A DNA stretch of 64,000 nucleotides. Source: Deltaproteobacteria bacterium. Lineage in GTDB: Bacteria > Myxococcota > XYA12-FULL-58-9 > JABJBS01. Each line of letters opens with the position of its first letter. Position 1 is the stretch's first letter. Positions 49,182 to 58,902 of this stretch are shown here, piece by piece. The DNA lies in assembly GCA_018668695.1 (NCBI GenBank), contig JABJBS010000095.1:388-64387 (forward strand). The letters run 5' to 3'. The notes under the pieces were generated by a model, which made no database searches, had not been told where the DNA came from, and saw only the letters and a program-made list of their open reading frames with translations. The position numbers were made by a program, and so were the translations under genes.

Positions 49182-50381
49182 TTAACCTAATTTTTCCACC
49201 AAAACGCTCACTCCTTGGCCCACACCTACGCATAGCGTGGCAAGCCCTTTGCGCGCGTCACGGCGGCTCATCTCGTGAATCAAAGTCGTTAGGATGCGGG
49301 CACCACTGCAGCCTAAGGGGTGTCCCAGTGCGATCGCTCCACCATTAACGTTCACAATATCGCTAGAAAGCCCCAGCTGACCCATTACCGCGAGACTTTG
49401 AGCAGCAAAGGCTTCGTTGAGCTCCACAAGATCTAAGTCACTTATTTTCCAACCGGCTCGGCTCAAAGCTTCTTGGGTGGCAGGAACCGGCCCAATTCCC
49501 ATCGTTCGTGGATTCACGCCGGCGCTTGCACAGGCCACAATCCGCCCCATGATCTTCAAATCACGTTTTTCTGCGATTTCTCGGTCCATAAGCACCAATG
49601 CTGACGCCCCATCGTTCAAAGTCGAGCTATTGCCGGCCGTAACAGACCCACCTTTCTTAAAAGCTGCGCGTAAAGTGGCTAGCTTTTCCAAGGATGAATC
49701 GGCCCGGGGACCCTCATCTTTCTTGAAGAGATGAGATGATTTACGTAATTTTATTTCAACCGGGACCACTTCGGCGTCAAATCGGCCAGCTTCCCACGCC
49801 GCTATCGCCTTTTGATGACTCTGATAAGCGAATAGGTCCTGCGCTTCACGGCTAATTTTATACTCTTCAACTAAGTTTTCGGCCGTCTGGCCCATGCCTT
49901 CAAGCGGGAAAAGCGCCTCCATTTTCGGATTTGGAAAGCGCCAACCCAAGGAAGTGTCAAAAACTGCAGGATTTCCGGTTCCAAAGCCCTGCGCTGGTTT
50001 GGCCAGAGCATAAGGCGCTCGTGTCATACTCTCGACGCCGCCCGCGATGACTGTCTGGCGGTCACCAACTTGAATGGCTCGGGTGGCTGCAATGACGGCA
50101 TCTAAGCCTGATGCACAAAGCCGATTGACCGTAATCGCCGGAACACTCTGCGGCAATCCGGCGAGAAGCGTTGCCATCCTGGCCACATTGCGATTGTCCT
50201 CGCCAGCTTGGTTTGCGCACCCGGCAAAAACCTCCTGAATATCACTCGGCTCAAGGCCTGAGCGGTCTACTGCCGCGGCGATTGCCGTTGCGAGTAAATC
50301 ATCGGGTCGAACGGTCGCCAATTCCCCACGAATACGTGCAATGGGGGTCCTCAATGCTTCTACGATCACTACTTCATGCAT
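49182..50381 (-). CDS. Acetyl-CoA C-acyltransferase (thiolase II)
   Basis: …[10 protein letters not shown]… active-site Cys; C-terminal …GCSGARI… and GxGxG motifs. Confidence 0.85.
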   Translation of the reverse strand: MHEVVIVEALRTPIARIRGELATVRPDDLLATAIAAAVDRSGLEPSDIQEVFAGCANQAGEDNRNVARMATLLAGLPQSVPAITVNRLCASGLDAVIAATRAIQVGDRQTVIAGGVESMTRAPYALAKPAQGFGTGNPAVFDTSLGWRFPNPKMEALFPLEGMGQTAENLVEEYKISREAQDLFAYQSHQKAIAAWEAGRFDAEVVPVEIKLRKSSHLFKKDEGPRADSSLEKLATLRAAFKKGGSVTAGNSSTLNDGASALVLMDREIAEKRDLKIMGRIVACASAGVNPRTMGIGPVPATQEALSRAGWKISDLDLVELNEAFAAQSLAVMGQLGLSSDIVNVNGGAIALGHPLGCSGARILTTLIHEMSRRDARKGLATLCVGVGQGVSVLVEKLG

Positions 50382-50465
50382 AAAAACCTTCTGAACCCTT
50401 TTGCTTGCAAGGTCAACGCCGAGTCGGTACGTGACTCCAACTATAAACCAAGCGACAATCTAACT

Positions 50466-51734
50466 ATGCCACGCACCATATTATTTATTCTAACGTTCGG
50501 ACTCAGCCTTCCAGCTCATGCCTACCCGGTGCCGCTGGGCAGCGCACCAGAGCTTCGGGAAGCAGCTCAAGGGTTTGCTCAGCAGCACCCATCACAACTC
50601 AGCGCTAAAACGCTCACCCGAATTCTAGTTGGCACCGATAAGCCCTCGAAAAGCTCCTCCTCTCAAAGCTGGCTTAAATCTCTCAACGAGGCCCTCGAAA
50701 AAGATGCGCGCTTCGAAATCGAAACTGCACAAGCGCTGCGCCTGGAAGTAGCGCAAAGCTACGAAGCCAGTGCCATGCTCAACCTCGAGCAAGTCCAACT
50801 CAGAGCCAGGATGGGGCATGATGCCGTGGCCAGCCTCCTTGCCGAAGGGCAAAAACTCCAAGCTGTAGAACTCGCAAGGGAAAACCTCCGCCGATTTCCG
50901 GATATCGCAATTGATCGTAAACGCCACCCGCCCACGGTCGTCGACTTTTTTAAAAAGCAGCTAAAACACAATAACAACAGTCCCTTAGTCCCTCTAACCT
51001 TTCAGGGTTCAATGCCCGGAACCCTCTACGCCGACGGAAAACTGCTCGGCCCTCTCAAGGGTGAGACCGTCTATCGGCTGATGCCGGGCAAATATAAACT
51101 CTGGATTCATCAAGCGGGCGCTCCCATGTTGGTGCGACCCATCTCGCTCAGTTCGACCCCCTTAGCCGTCACGTTTGATCCGCCCCTGGACCGAGCTCTT
51201 CGCGTTCTCCCGCACCCCCATCTTGCCTGCACTCAATTATGCGAAGTACTCCTTGGAAAATTTGCGCAGCGGCTTGGAACAAGCACCCTCGACGGCATCC
51301 GCCCCGCTCCTGAGGGCAATGAACTTTATGAGGTCATTTCAGTTGATACTGCGGGGAAAGTACTGCGTAAAACTCTCATCAATCGCCACGGCTTGACCGT
51401 AAAACTTGCGGCGCCCGCACCCGCCTCACCGGGCTTTCAGAGTTCCAATACTTCAGAAACCTTCAATACATTCAGTGCTCTTTGGCTCTTACCGGGTGGA
51501 GTGGGTCAGTTCTCGCAAGGCCGCATTGGCTGGGGGATTGCCTGGGCAACCCTCGAAACCGGGTTGCTTGCATGGAATATCCACTCCCGTGTTCGTTACG
51601 ATAAAAACGACCCCGAAACCGATTGGGCCAAGACCCAAACCAACATTTCCGGCTATTCACTCTGGGCCATCGGGGCCATCGGAGTACTTGAAGCAGTCAT
51701 CACCGGCTTACTTGAAGAGCCGAAACCGGAATAA
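50466..51734 (+). CDS. Hypothetical exported protein with a C-terminal 2-TM region
   Basis: Signal peptide after the internal Met (MPRTILFILTFGLSLPAHA); no family recognised. Confidence 0.4.
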   Translation: MPRTILFILTFGLSLPAHAYPVPLGSAPELREAAQGFAQQHPSQLSAKTLTRILVGTDKPSKSSSSQSWLKSLNEALEKDARFEIETAQALRLEVAQSYEASAMLNLEQVQLRARMGHDAVASLLAEGQKLQAVELARENLRRFPDIAIDRKRHPPTVVDFFKKQLKHNNNSPLVPLTFQGSMPGTLYADGKLLGPLKGETVYRLMPGKYKLWIHQAGAPMLVRPISLSSTPLAVTFDPPLDRALRVLPHPHLACTQLCEVLLGKFAQRLGTSTLDGIRPAPEGNELYEVISVDTAGKVLRKTLINRHGLTVKLAAPAPASPGFQSSNTSETFNTFSALWLLPGGVGQFSQGRIGWGIAWATLETGLLAWNIHSRVRYDKNDPETDWAKTQTNISGYSLWAIGAIGVLEAVITGLLEEPKPE

Positions 51735-51802
51735 ACCGAGGCTCAGCAGTCTTGTTGCTCTGGCAGGGTACGTATATATAGCCGTGCAACCAGATCGAAG
51801 GC

Positions 51803-53917
51803 TTGAGGTTTATGCAGACACCGATTCTTAATACCGCCCGACTCATCGTCATCACGACAAGCTTGCTCGTGCTTAACGCCTGCGCGCCCGTTCCTCCCAC
51901 TCCTATTCTCGTGGCCCCCGACGGCTCGCTTGTGGAAGCCCCGCCGCCGCCAAGTGCACAAGAGGAAACCGACGCCGACAAACTCCTGGCTCAATCCCGG
52001 TCGCAGCGCGCTCAAGGGCAAATTGCTCAAGCAACCAAAACACAAGAACAGTTGATCCAAAATTGGCCGGGAACGACTGCTGCAGCGCACGCTTTATTTG
52101 AGCAGGCCCAACAAGCCCGGGAAGACAACCACCCAACCATCATCATTGAAAAGCTCGAGAAGCTTCTTTTTTACCGACCTGACTTTTCAAAAATAGATGC
52201 GGCACGCGAACTCTACGCCCATGCTCTCGTATCCGTGCGTCGCTATGAAGATGCAGCTGGAATGCTCGGCGCCCTTTACGCCAGTGCCACGGACAACAAC
52301 AAACTTGTAGAACTCGGTAAACTCTACATCCGAAGCCTGCGAGAAATTGCACGACCTGCAGAGGCTCTTCGCGTCTGCGTTGACCTTCGCGCGATTCCCA
52401 CCCTCTCCAATCTAGATAAAGAGGCCGTCGAAACACTTGCCCGTACTGTGGTTTCAAGCCGCCTTAGCTTTACCGAGATCGAAAGCATGTGGACAACGTA
52501 CGGTGCTGACACCCGCTGGTCCTTCATTCACCCCATGCTCGGCTTTAAGCTCGCAAAAGTTTTTTACCATACCCGCGACTACGAGCGTTCAGAAGCCATG
52601 CTCAAAGAGCTCATTGCCCGTTACCCGCAAACCCTTTACGGCAAAGAAGCTTCATCGTTTTATGAGCGCTTGAAAAACCGCTTCATAGTTCAAGTAAACA
52701 AAATAGGTGTTCTTCTACCACTCTCAGGACGCTTTGGTCAGTACGGTAAGCAGGCTCTAGAGTCTATCAAACTTGCTTTCCAAGACTCTGCACTTGAACT
52801 CGTTGTAAAAGATAGCAAGGGCGACCCGACCGCGGCCGCCAGCGCTGTTGAAGAACTCGTCCTCGTAGATCATGTGGTTGGAATCATCGGTCCGATTGTG
52901 ACCAAGCCTTCTTTGGCTGCGGCGCAAAAAGCAGAAGAGCTAAGTATCCCCATCATCTCTCTTTCTTACAAAGTTGGCGGAGACATGGGCAGCTACGTAT
53001 TTCGTGCTGCTCTAACCATTGAAACTCAAGCGCGAAGTTTGGCTAAATTTGCCTTTGAAGAAATGGACATGACTCGCTTTGCGCTTTTACATCCACGCAC
53101 ACCTTACGGCGCGGCGTTCGTCAAAGCATTTTGGAGTGAAGTAGATGAACGACAAGGTGAGATTCGCGGTGTAGAAAGCTATGACCACGACCAAACCACC
53201 TTCACAGAGCCTGTTCGTAAGCTTGTGGGACGCTGGTACCGGACTTCACGCCAAGATTACCGCGACAAGCTCAAAGAAATTCGAGCCAAAAAATTACCCT
53301 CGCATCGCGAAGCCGCTGCCATCGAAAAGATGCAGAAAAATCTCCCGCCCATCACCGACTTCGACGCCATTGTCATCCCAGACAGCGCCAAGCGCCTCGG
53401 TCTAATTGCACCGGCACTGGCTTTTGAAGACATTGTGGTGACCCGCAATGACCGTGAGCTAAAACGAATCAAACGTGCCACGGGCTACAAGGATATCAAA
53501 CCGATCACACTCCTGGGTGCGTCGACCTGGAACCACCCCTACCTGAGTCAAAAGTGTCAGAAGTATTGTGAAAACGCGATTTTCGTAGATGGTTATTACC
53601 GGGATCACCCGGCACCGAAAGTGCGTGACTTCGACTCGGCATTTCGAGAAGTCTTTGGTAAGTCGCCGCAGTTAAGTGATGCACAAGCCTTCGATACTGC
53701 AGGAATCGTGCGCGCCATCTTAGAGCTTCCTAAAACTCCACTGAAGAGCCGCGAAGATTTACGCAAAGCCTTACTGGGACACACCGGATTTAAAGGTGTC
53801 ATGGGCAATCTGGAGTTTGACGATAAGGGAGAGGCGGTCAAAGAGCTTTTCGTACTGACCTTAAAGAACAACACCATTCAGCTTTTTGAAAAACCTGTGC
53901 CTAAACCAGAGAATTAA
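51803..53917 (+). CDS. LpoA/LppC-like lipoprotein (N-terminal TPR-like helical domain + C-terminal type-I periplasmic-binding fold)
   Basis: Lipobox (LVLNAC); C-terminal domain begins …VNKIGVLLPLSGRFGQYGKQALESIKLAF… resembling the LpoA C-domain / Leu-Ile-Val-binding-protein fold. Confidence 0.5.
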   Translation: MRFMQTPILNTARLIVITTSLLVLNACAPVPPTPILVAPDGSLVEAPPPPSAQEETDADKLLAQSRSQRAQGQIAQATKTQEQLIQNWPGTTAAAHALFEQAQQAREDNHPTIIIEKLEKLLFYRPDFSKIDAARELYAHALVSVRRYEDAAGMLGALYASATDNNKLVELGKLYIRSLREIARPAEALRVCVDLRAIPTLSNLDKEAVETLARTVVSSRLSFTEIESMWTTYGADTRWSFIHPMLGFKLAKVFYHTRDYERSEAMLKELIARYPQTLYGKEASSFYERLKNRFIVQVNKIGVLLPLSGRFGQYGKQALESIKLAFQDSALELVVKDSKGDPTAAASAVEELVLVDHVVGIIGPIVTKPSLAAAQKAEELSIPIISLSYKVGGDMGSYVFRAALTIETQARSLAKFAFEEMDMTRFALLHPRTPYGAAFVKAFWSEVDERQGEIRGVESYDHDQTTFTEPVRKLVGRWYRTSRQDYRDKLKEIRAKKLPSHREAAAIEKMQKNLPPITDFDAIVIPDSAKRLGLIAPALAFEDIVVTRNDRELKRIKRATGYKDIKPITLLGASTWNHPYLSQKCQKYCENAIFVDGYYRDHPAPKVRDFDSAFREVFGKSPQLSDAQAFDTAGIVRAILELPKTPLKSREDLRKALLGHTGFKGVMGNLEFDDKGEAVKELFVLTLKNNTIQLFEKPVPKPEN

Positions 53918-53952
53918 TCTCGAGCCTGCTCCTCCTGCTTTAGGACGTTTCA

Positions 53953-56004
53953 ATGAATACCAAAGGCCTCCAGCCAGAAATGCTTGAAGCCTTCTTCGGT
54001 AACGAGGGACCTCTTGCGTCGGTCATTGACTCCTATGAATCTAGACCCGAACAAATCCAGGTAGCACAAGAAGTGGGGCGCTCCATCGAGCGCGGCAAGG
54101 ATCTCATCGCTGAAGCTGGGACAGGGACAGGAAAAACACTGGCCTATTTGGTCCCAGCCCTTTCCTCTGGCCTAAGAGTCGTTCTTTCAACCGGTACGCG
54201 TAATCTACAGGAACAGATTCTCGAAAGGGAAATTCCCCTTTTAGAAAAAGCTGTTGGCGCGCCCTTTGATGTTCAAGTGATGAAAGGCCGTTCCAATTAC
54301 CTATGCCACTACCGAATGAATGCCTTCAGCCGCCAAGGGCTTCTTCCTGGCACCGGGCGCAAAAGAGCCTTCGACAAAATAAACAACTGGCGCGAAACGA
54401 CCACCACCGGTGACCGGGCAGAGCTACAAGGGCTACCCGACAACTCTGAAATCTGGCGTGAAGTTTCAGCGACCTCAGACCAATGTCTCGGCAGAAGCTG
54501 TTCGGAATTTGAGCAGTGTTTCGTTACGCAAATGCGAAGAAATGCCCAACAAGCTCAGCTCGTCATCGTGAACCACCATCTTTATTTTGCCGATGCCAGC
54601 TTAAGAGCCAATGCTGGTGAGCGCAACGTTGAGCTTATTCCTCCACATGACATTGTCATCTTTGATGAGGCTCATGATTTGGATGAAGTTGCCTCACAGC
54701 ACTTTGGATTTGAAGTTTCCGAACGGCGAATCATCATGCTTTGCCGCGACATTTTTAAGACAGTCCAGGACAGTGACGGGTGTTACGCCCGGGTTACACA
54801 AAACGTCAACCAACTTGAAATCAGAGGCAGACAACTCTTTCACGCCCTTCCTTTTGATAAGCGCAGCGGCCGGATGACTCTCCGTAAAGAGAACATCAAC
54901 CAAGAGATACTAACCCGCTTCCAAGAAGTCGATGGTCTACTGTGTCAAATTGAGAACGATTTATCCAACACAGACCGCGAAGAGACGCTGCATCTTGGAA
55001 AACGAACAGCAAGCTTAGTTCTAGAGCTGGCCTTTGTGCTCCATCAACCTGGCCGCGCGGGAATCTTAAGTGAGATTGAAAGCCAACTCGACCATGCCCG
55101 CACGCTCACACCCGATGATGACCTCTACTACGCAGAGCCAAGAGAATCGATGCGTCCACTGGTGCCCTTCGTACGCTACGCCGATGTTGGTCAAAACGGC
55201 AAACGCGTCGTCGCTCGACCTTTAGACGTTGCACCGCTGATGCGTTACATGTTGGGTTCTGTCCCTGCAATTTATGTGTCCGCGACTCTGGCTGTAGAGA
55301 AAAGCTTCGATTCCTATAAAAACCGCATCGGGCTCACTGATACCGCAGAAGTCCTCGTGAACTCTCCGTTCAATTATACCGAGCAAATGCGGCTCTATTT
55401 CCCTAATGGCATGGACAATCCCAACAGCCCACGGTTCTCAAATCAAGCAGTCGATGTTGCTGCAGAGCTCATCGCGGCTGCCGGCGGCGGTGCCTTCGTT
55501 TTATGCACAAGTTACAGCATGCTTGAAACGATGAGCCGAGAGCTCCAACCCAAAACAGGCTTGAGAATCCTCAAACAAGGCAGTGCTCCAAGAAGCGAAT
55601 TACTCGAGACTTTTCGTAAAGATGGTCATGCGGTGCTGGTTGCGACCATGAGCTTTTGGCAAGGGGTCGATGTACCCGGCTCTGCGCTGCGGCTTGTTAT
55701 CATCGACAGGATTCCTTTTGCCTCTCCCCAAGATCCACTGGTTGGCGCTCGAATCGATTACATCAAGAGCCAAGGACAATCGCCTTTTAAGAGTTACCAA
55801 CTTCCGCACGCTGCCATTATGCTCCGCCAAGGTTTTGGCCGCCTGATTCGTAAGCAATCGGATTCCGGCCTCGTCGCCATCCTGGATCCACGTATGACTG
55901 AAAAAGGTTATGGCAAAGTGCTGCTTCGTTCCTTACCCGAAACTCAAGTGCTGCGGGACATAGAAAAAGCACAAGATTACCTCAAAGAGATGGAACCTCA
56001 GTGA
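53953..56004 (+). CDS. dinG: ATP-dependent DNA helicase, DinG/Rad3 (XPD-like) family
   Basis: Walker A AEAGTGTGKTLAYLVP; DEAH box (FDEAHDLDEV); C-terminal helicase motifs. Confidence 0.8.
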   Translation: MNTKGLQPEMLEAFFGNEGPLASVIDSYESRPEQIQVAQEVGRSIERGKDLIAEAGTGTGKTLAYLVPALSSGLRVVLSTGTRNLQEQILEREIPLLEKAVGAPFDVQVMKGRSNYLCHYRMNAFSRQGLLPGTGRKRAFDKINNWRETTTTGDRAELQGLPDNSEIWREVSATSDQCLGRSCSEFEQCFVTQMRRNAQQAQLVIVNHHLYFADASLRANAGERNVELIPPHDIVIFDEAHDLDEVASQHFGFEVSERRIIMLCRDIFKTVQDSDGCYARVTQNVNQLEIRGRQLFHALPFDKRSGRMTLRKENINQEILTRFQEVDGLLCQIENDLSNTDREETLHLGKRTASLVLELAFVLHQPGRAGILSEIESQLDHARTLTPDDDLYYAEPRESMRPLVPFVRYADVGQNGKRVVARPLDVAPLMRYMLGSVPAIYVSATLAVEKSFDSYKNRIGLTDTAEVLVNSPFNYTEQMRLYFPNGMDNPNSPRFSNQAVDVAAELIAAAGGGAFVLCTSYSMLETMSRELQPKTGLRILKQGSAPRSELLETFRKDGHAVLVATMSFWQGVDVPGSALRLVIIDRIPFASPQDPLVGARIDYIKSQGQSPFKSYQLPHAAIMLRQGFGRLIRKQSDSGLVAILDPRMTEKGYGKVLLRSLPETQVLRDIEKAQDYLKEMEPQ

Positions 56005-57416
56005 TGAGCTTAAGAATAAACACCGCCCTCCTCGTTTTACTTTCCGCTTCTCTCACCCAAGCTGCCCAAAATCCCGAAGTCAATGTAGAGCAAAGTGCAA
56101 CACATCTTAGCCAAGCCATTAAATTCGAGACTGTTTCCACCATGCAGGGCCCCCTTGACCCCAAGGCCTTCACCGCATTTCATCAATACCTCGAGCAAAC
56201 CTATCCGCTCGTGCATCAAGCCATGTCGCGTTCTGTCGTCGCGGACTACTCCCTGCTCTATCGCTGGCCAGGTAAAGACCTCTCCCGCCCGCCGGCGATG
56301 TTTTTAGCGCATCAAGATGTTGTGCCCGTTGACGAAGCGACTTTACGCGATTGGAAGCATCCGCCCTTTAGCGGCGTTATTTCCGAGAATTCCATTTGGG
56401 GCCGAGGCACTATGGATTTTAAATTTGGGCTGATAGCCCTATTTGAAGCGGCTGAACATCTTCTTCAACAAGGGTTTGTTCCAGAGCAAACACTTTACTT
56501 CGGGTTCAGCCACGATGAAGAAGTGCTGGGTAAAGGCGCACCTGCCATGGTCAAAGCCCTTCAGGACCAAGGCATCAAGCTCGACTGGCTCCTCGATGAA
56601 GGCCTCGTCATCACCCATCAAATGTTTCCCGGGCTGGACAAACCGCTGGCACTTGTAGGGCTCGCCGAAAAAGGTTTTTTAAGTGTTGAGATTGAGGCAG
56701 CTCACCCAGGTGGTCACTCTTCCATGCCTCCTGCACAAACCGCAGCCGGTATCATCGCGCGGGCGGTAGTCGCCCTAGAAGACAACCCCATGCCCCAGCG
56801 ATTAACCGGCCCTGTTGAGATGATGATTCACCGGGTTGGAGAATATATGCCGTGGTATAAAAAGGCTGTTTTCCAAAACCTCGCAATCACCGGCTCACTT
56901 GTTCTTGGAAAGCTCGGTCAGAAAAGCAACACCAACGCCCTCACCCGCACCACCACCGCCGTCACGATGCTCAAAGGAAGCCCTCAAGACAATGTGCTTC
57001 CCAACCGCGCCAAAGCAGTTATCAATTTTCGAATTTTACCAGGCGACACCGTGGAGAGCGTGCTTGTACACGTCAAAGAAACCATCGCCGATGAACGGGT
57101 GAGCGTGAAACCCTACAGTGAATCACGAGGTGAGAATCCATCTCCTACCTCCTGCGCCGACTGCAAAGCTTTTACCCGCATCGAAGATAGTATTAAGAAG
57201 ATTTACCCAGACGCGATGGTCGCACCAAGTATCTTGGTTGGAGCCACCGACAGCCGCCACTTCAGTACATTGAGTGATAAAATATACCGGTTCAGTCCCC
57301 AGGAAATCTGGCCTGAAGATATGAGTGGGTTTCACGGTATCAATGAAAAGACTGGTGTTGAGGCTTTTGGTCGTGCCGTGGCTTTTTACATGGCAATGAT
57401 GTCGCCAGCGCTATGA
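56001..57416 (+). CDS. M20/M25/M40-family metallopeptidase (secreted)
   Basis: Signal peptide; …LAHQDVVPV… and …HDEEVLG… metal-binding motifs; ATGA overlap with dinG. Confidence 0.8.
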   Translation: MMSLRINTALLVLLSASLTQAAQNPEVNVEQSATHLSQAIKFETVSTMQGPLDPKAFTAFHQYLEQTYPLVHQAMSRSVVADYSLLYRWPGKDLSRPPAMFLAHQDVVPVDEATLRDWKHPPFSGVISENSIWGRGTMDFKFGLIALFEAAEHLLQQGFVPEQTLYFGFSHDEEVLGKGAPAMVKALQDQGIKLDWLLDEGLVITHQMFPGLDKPLALVGLAEKGFLSVEIEAAHPGGHSSMPPAQTAAGIIARAVVALEDNPMPQRLTGPVEMMIHRVGEYMPWYKKAVFQNLAITGSLVLGKLGQKSNTNALTRTTTAVTMLKGSPQDNVLPNRAKAVINFRILPGDTVESVLVHVKETIADERVSVKPYSESRGENPSPTSCADCKAFTRIEDSIKKIYPDAMVAPSILVGATDSRHFSTLSDKIYRFSPQEIWPEDMSGFHGINEKTGVEAFGRAVAFYMAMMSPAL

Positions 57417-57453
57417 GATAAGCGCAGCTCCTAGCAGGCTCGGGTATCGCGAA

Positions 57454-58902
57454 CTACTTCTTAAAGATTCCCTTAAGCTTCGACATGATGCTTCCATCAT
57501 CTTGAGAATCATCAGATTTACGCATCTTTAAAAGCCTTAACTCTCGCTCGGCTTCTGGATTATCGGGATCGAGATTCAAGCATTTTTTAAGGTTTCGAGC
57601 CGCCGCAGAGGCATCTCCCTCTACCCGAGCCAACCTACCTAGAAACTCATAAACCACCGCAAGCTCAGGTTGTTCTTTGCGTGCACGCTCCAAAGCTTTC
57701 CACGCCTTATGACGGCCTTCTCGGTCTGGCTGAGCATTGAAAACGGCCCAGCCATAATAAGCCCAGAACTCAGGTTCCCCAGAATTCATCTCGATGACTT
57801 TTTCCAAAAGCGGAGATGCCGCAACCGCATTGCCCAAGCGCACCATTTTTTGTGCACGGGTAAAAAGCTCTTCGGCCTCGAGAATCACAGCGGGATCTGT
57901 GGGCAATCCCTTGGCCTGGCGGTCGAGAATAAAATCGTAGGATTCACGCTCTTTGGCATTGTTTAAGACGCCATAAGCTTCTTCCATTCGCATGAAAATT
58001 TCTTCAGCAAGCCGCTTAGCTGGTCCCAAGTCGTGGCCGCCAAACCGGTCACTGTGAAACTTTCGAGCGTTGGCAAGGTACGCCTTACCAATATCGGCAG
58101 GTACTGCGTTGGGTGCCAAGCCGAGGACTTCGTAATGGTTTACAGTTTCAAGAGTGGGATGCACTTTTTGAATTTCAGCAACCAAGTCACGTAGCTCTTG
58201 AGGTAAAAACTCAAGGTAGGCGTCAACGGGTGTCTCTATGGTGACTTCGGACTCTTCGAACTCCATGTCGACGGTATCGTTATTGGGCGGTGCATCAGGA
58301 ATAGCCGGTCCACTCAAAACCTTGGTATGGCGGCTCGACAGATCTTCTAGTACCTCAAAGCCGCCCATCATCAAAAGCGCTGCCCAGGTACGCTGCAGCT
58401 CAATCGAGACGCCGCTGATGAGACTCCCTACTGGCAATTTATGCTGCGGTCTTTCAACGTGCTCGCCGGAAACCTTGGAAACCGCCTTCGCGAGGCGTTC
58501 AAATACAGCGGTTGGCTGAACCACTTGACGGATACGCGCGTCCCAGAGGGAATCAAGATGCATCGTCTTCAAGTCTCGTACGACCGCTACAAGAACCTCA
58601 CCCAGCGTATCAATACGCAGCGATTCCCTGTCGGCAACAAGTGATAAATCTTTATCCTCGAACGAATAAGTTCCAGTGCAAGCCAAAGCAACGGCTCTTA
58701 GGGCTGATACCACGATATCGCGGTCGTCGATTTCTTGATTGTTTTCATCGATAAAGCGCTGGGGCCTACCGGAAACAAAAAGTAAGTCTGCACCGTTACG
58801 GCCATCGCGCCAGCGTAAAACGCCACACTTACGTGAGCCGGCCACTGTGACCAATACCTCTGCACCATAATGACGTGGGCTAAGACTGTTGTCTTGAGTC
58901 AT
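57454..58902 (-). CDS. J-domain (DnaJ-like) protein with N-terminal domain of unknown function and C-terminal TPR repeats
   Basis: J-domain …HYEVLGLAPNAVPADIGKAYLANARKFHSDR… (HPD replaced by HSD); TPR-like C-terminus; start taken at the internal Met (MTQDNS), giving an ATGA overlap with sppA. Confidence 0.6.
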   Translation of the reverse strand: MTQDNSLSPRHYGAEVLVTVAGSRKCGVLRWRDGRNGADLLFVSGRPQRFIDENNQEIDDRDIVVSALRAVALACTGTYSFEDKDLSLVADRESLRIDTLGEVLVAVVRDLKTMHLDSLWDARIRQVVQPTAVFERLAKAVSKVSGEHVERPQHKLPVGSLISGVSIELQRTWAALLMMGGFEVLEDLSSRHTKVLSGPAIPDAPPNNDTVDMEFEESEVTIETPVDAYLEFLPQELRDLVAEIQKVHPTLETVNHYEVLGLAPNAVPADIGKAYLANARKFHSDRFGGHDLGPAKRLAEEIFMRMEEAYGVLNNAKERESYDFILDRQAKGLPTDPAVILEAEELFTRAQKMVRLGNAVAASPLLEKVIEMNSGEPEFWAYYGWAVFNAQPDREGRHKAWKALERARKEQPELAVVYEFLGRLARVEGDASAAARNLKKCLNLDPDNPEAERELRLLKMRKSDDSQDDGSIMSKLKGIFKK

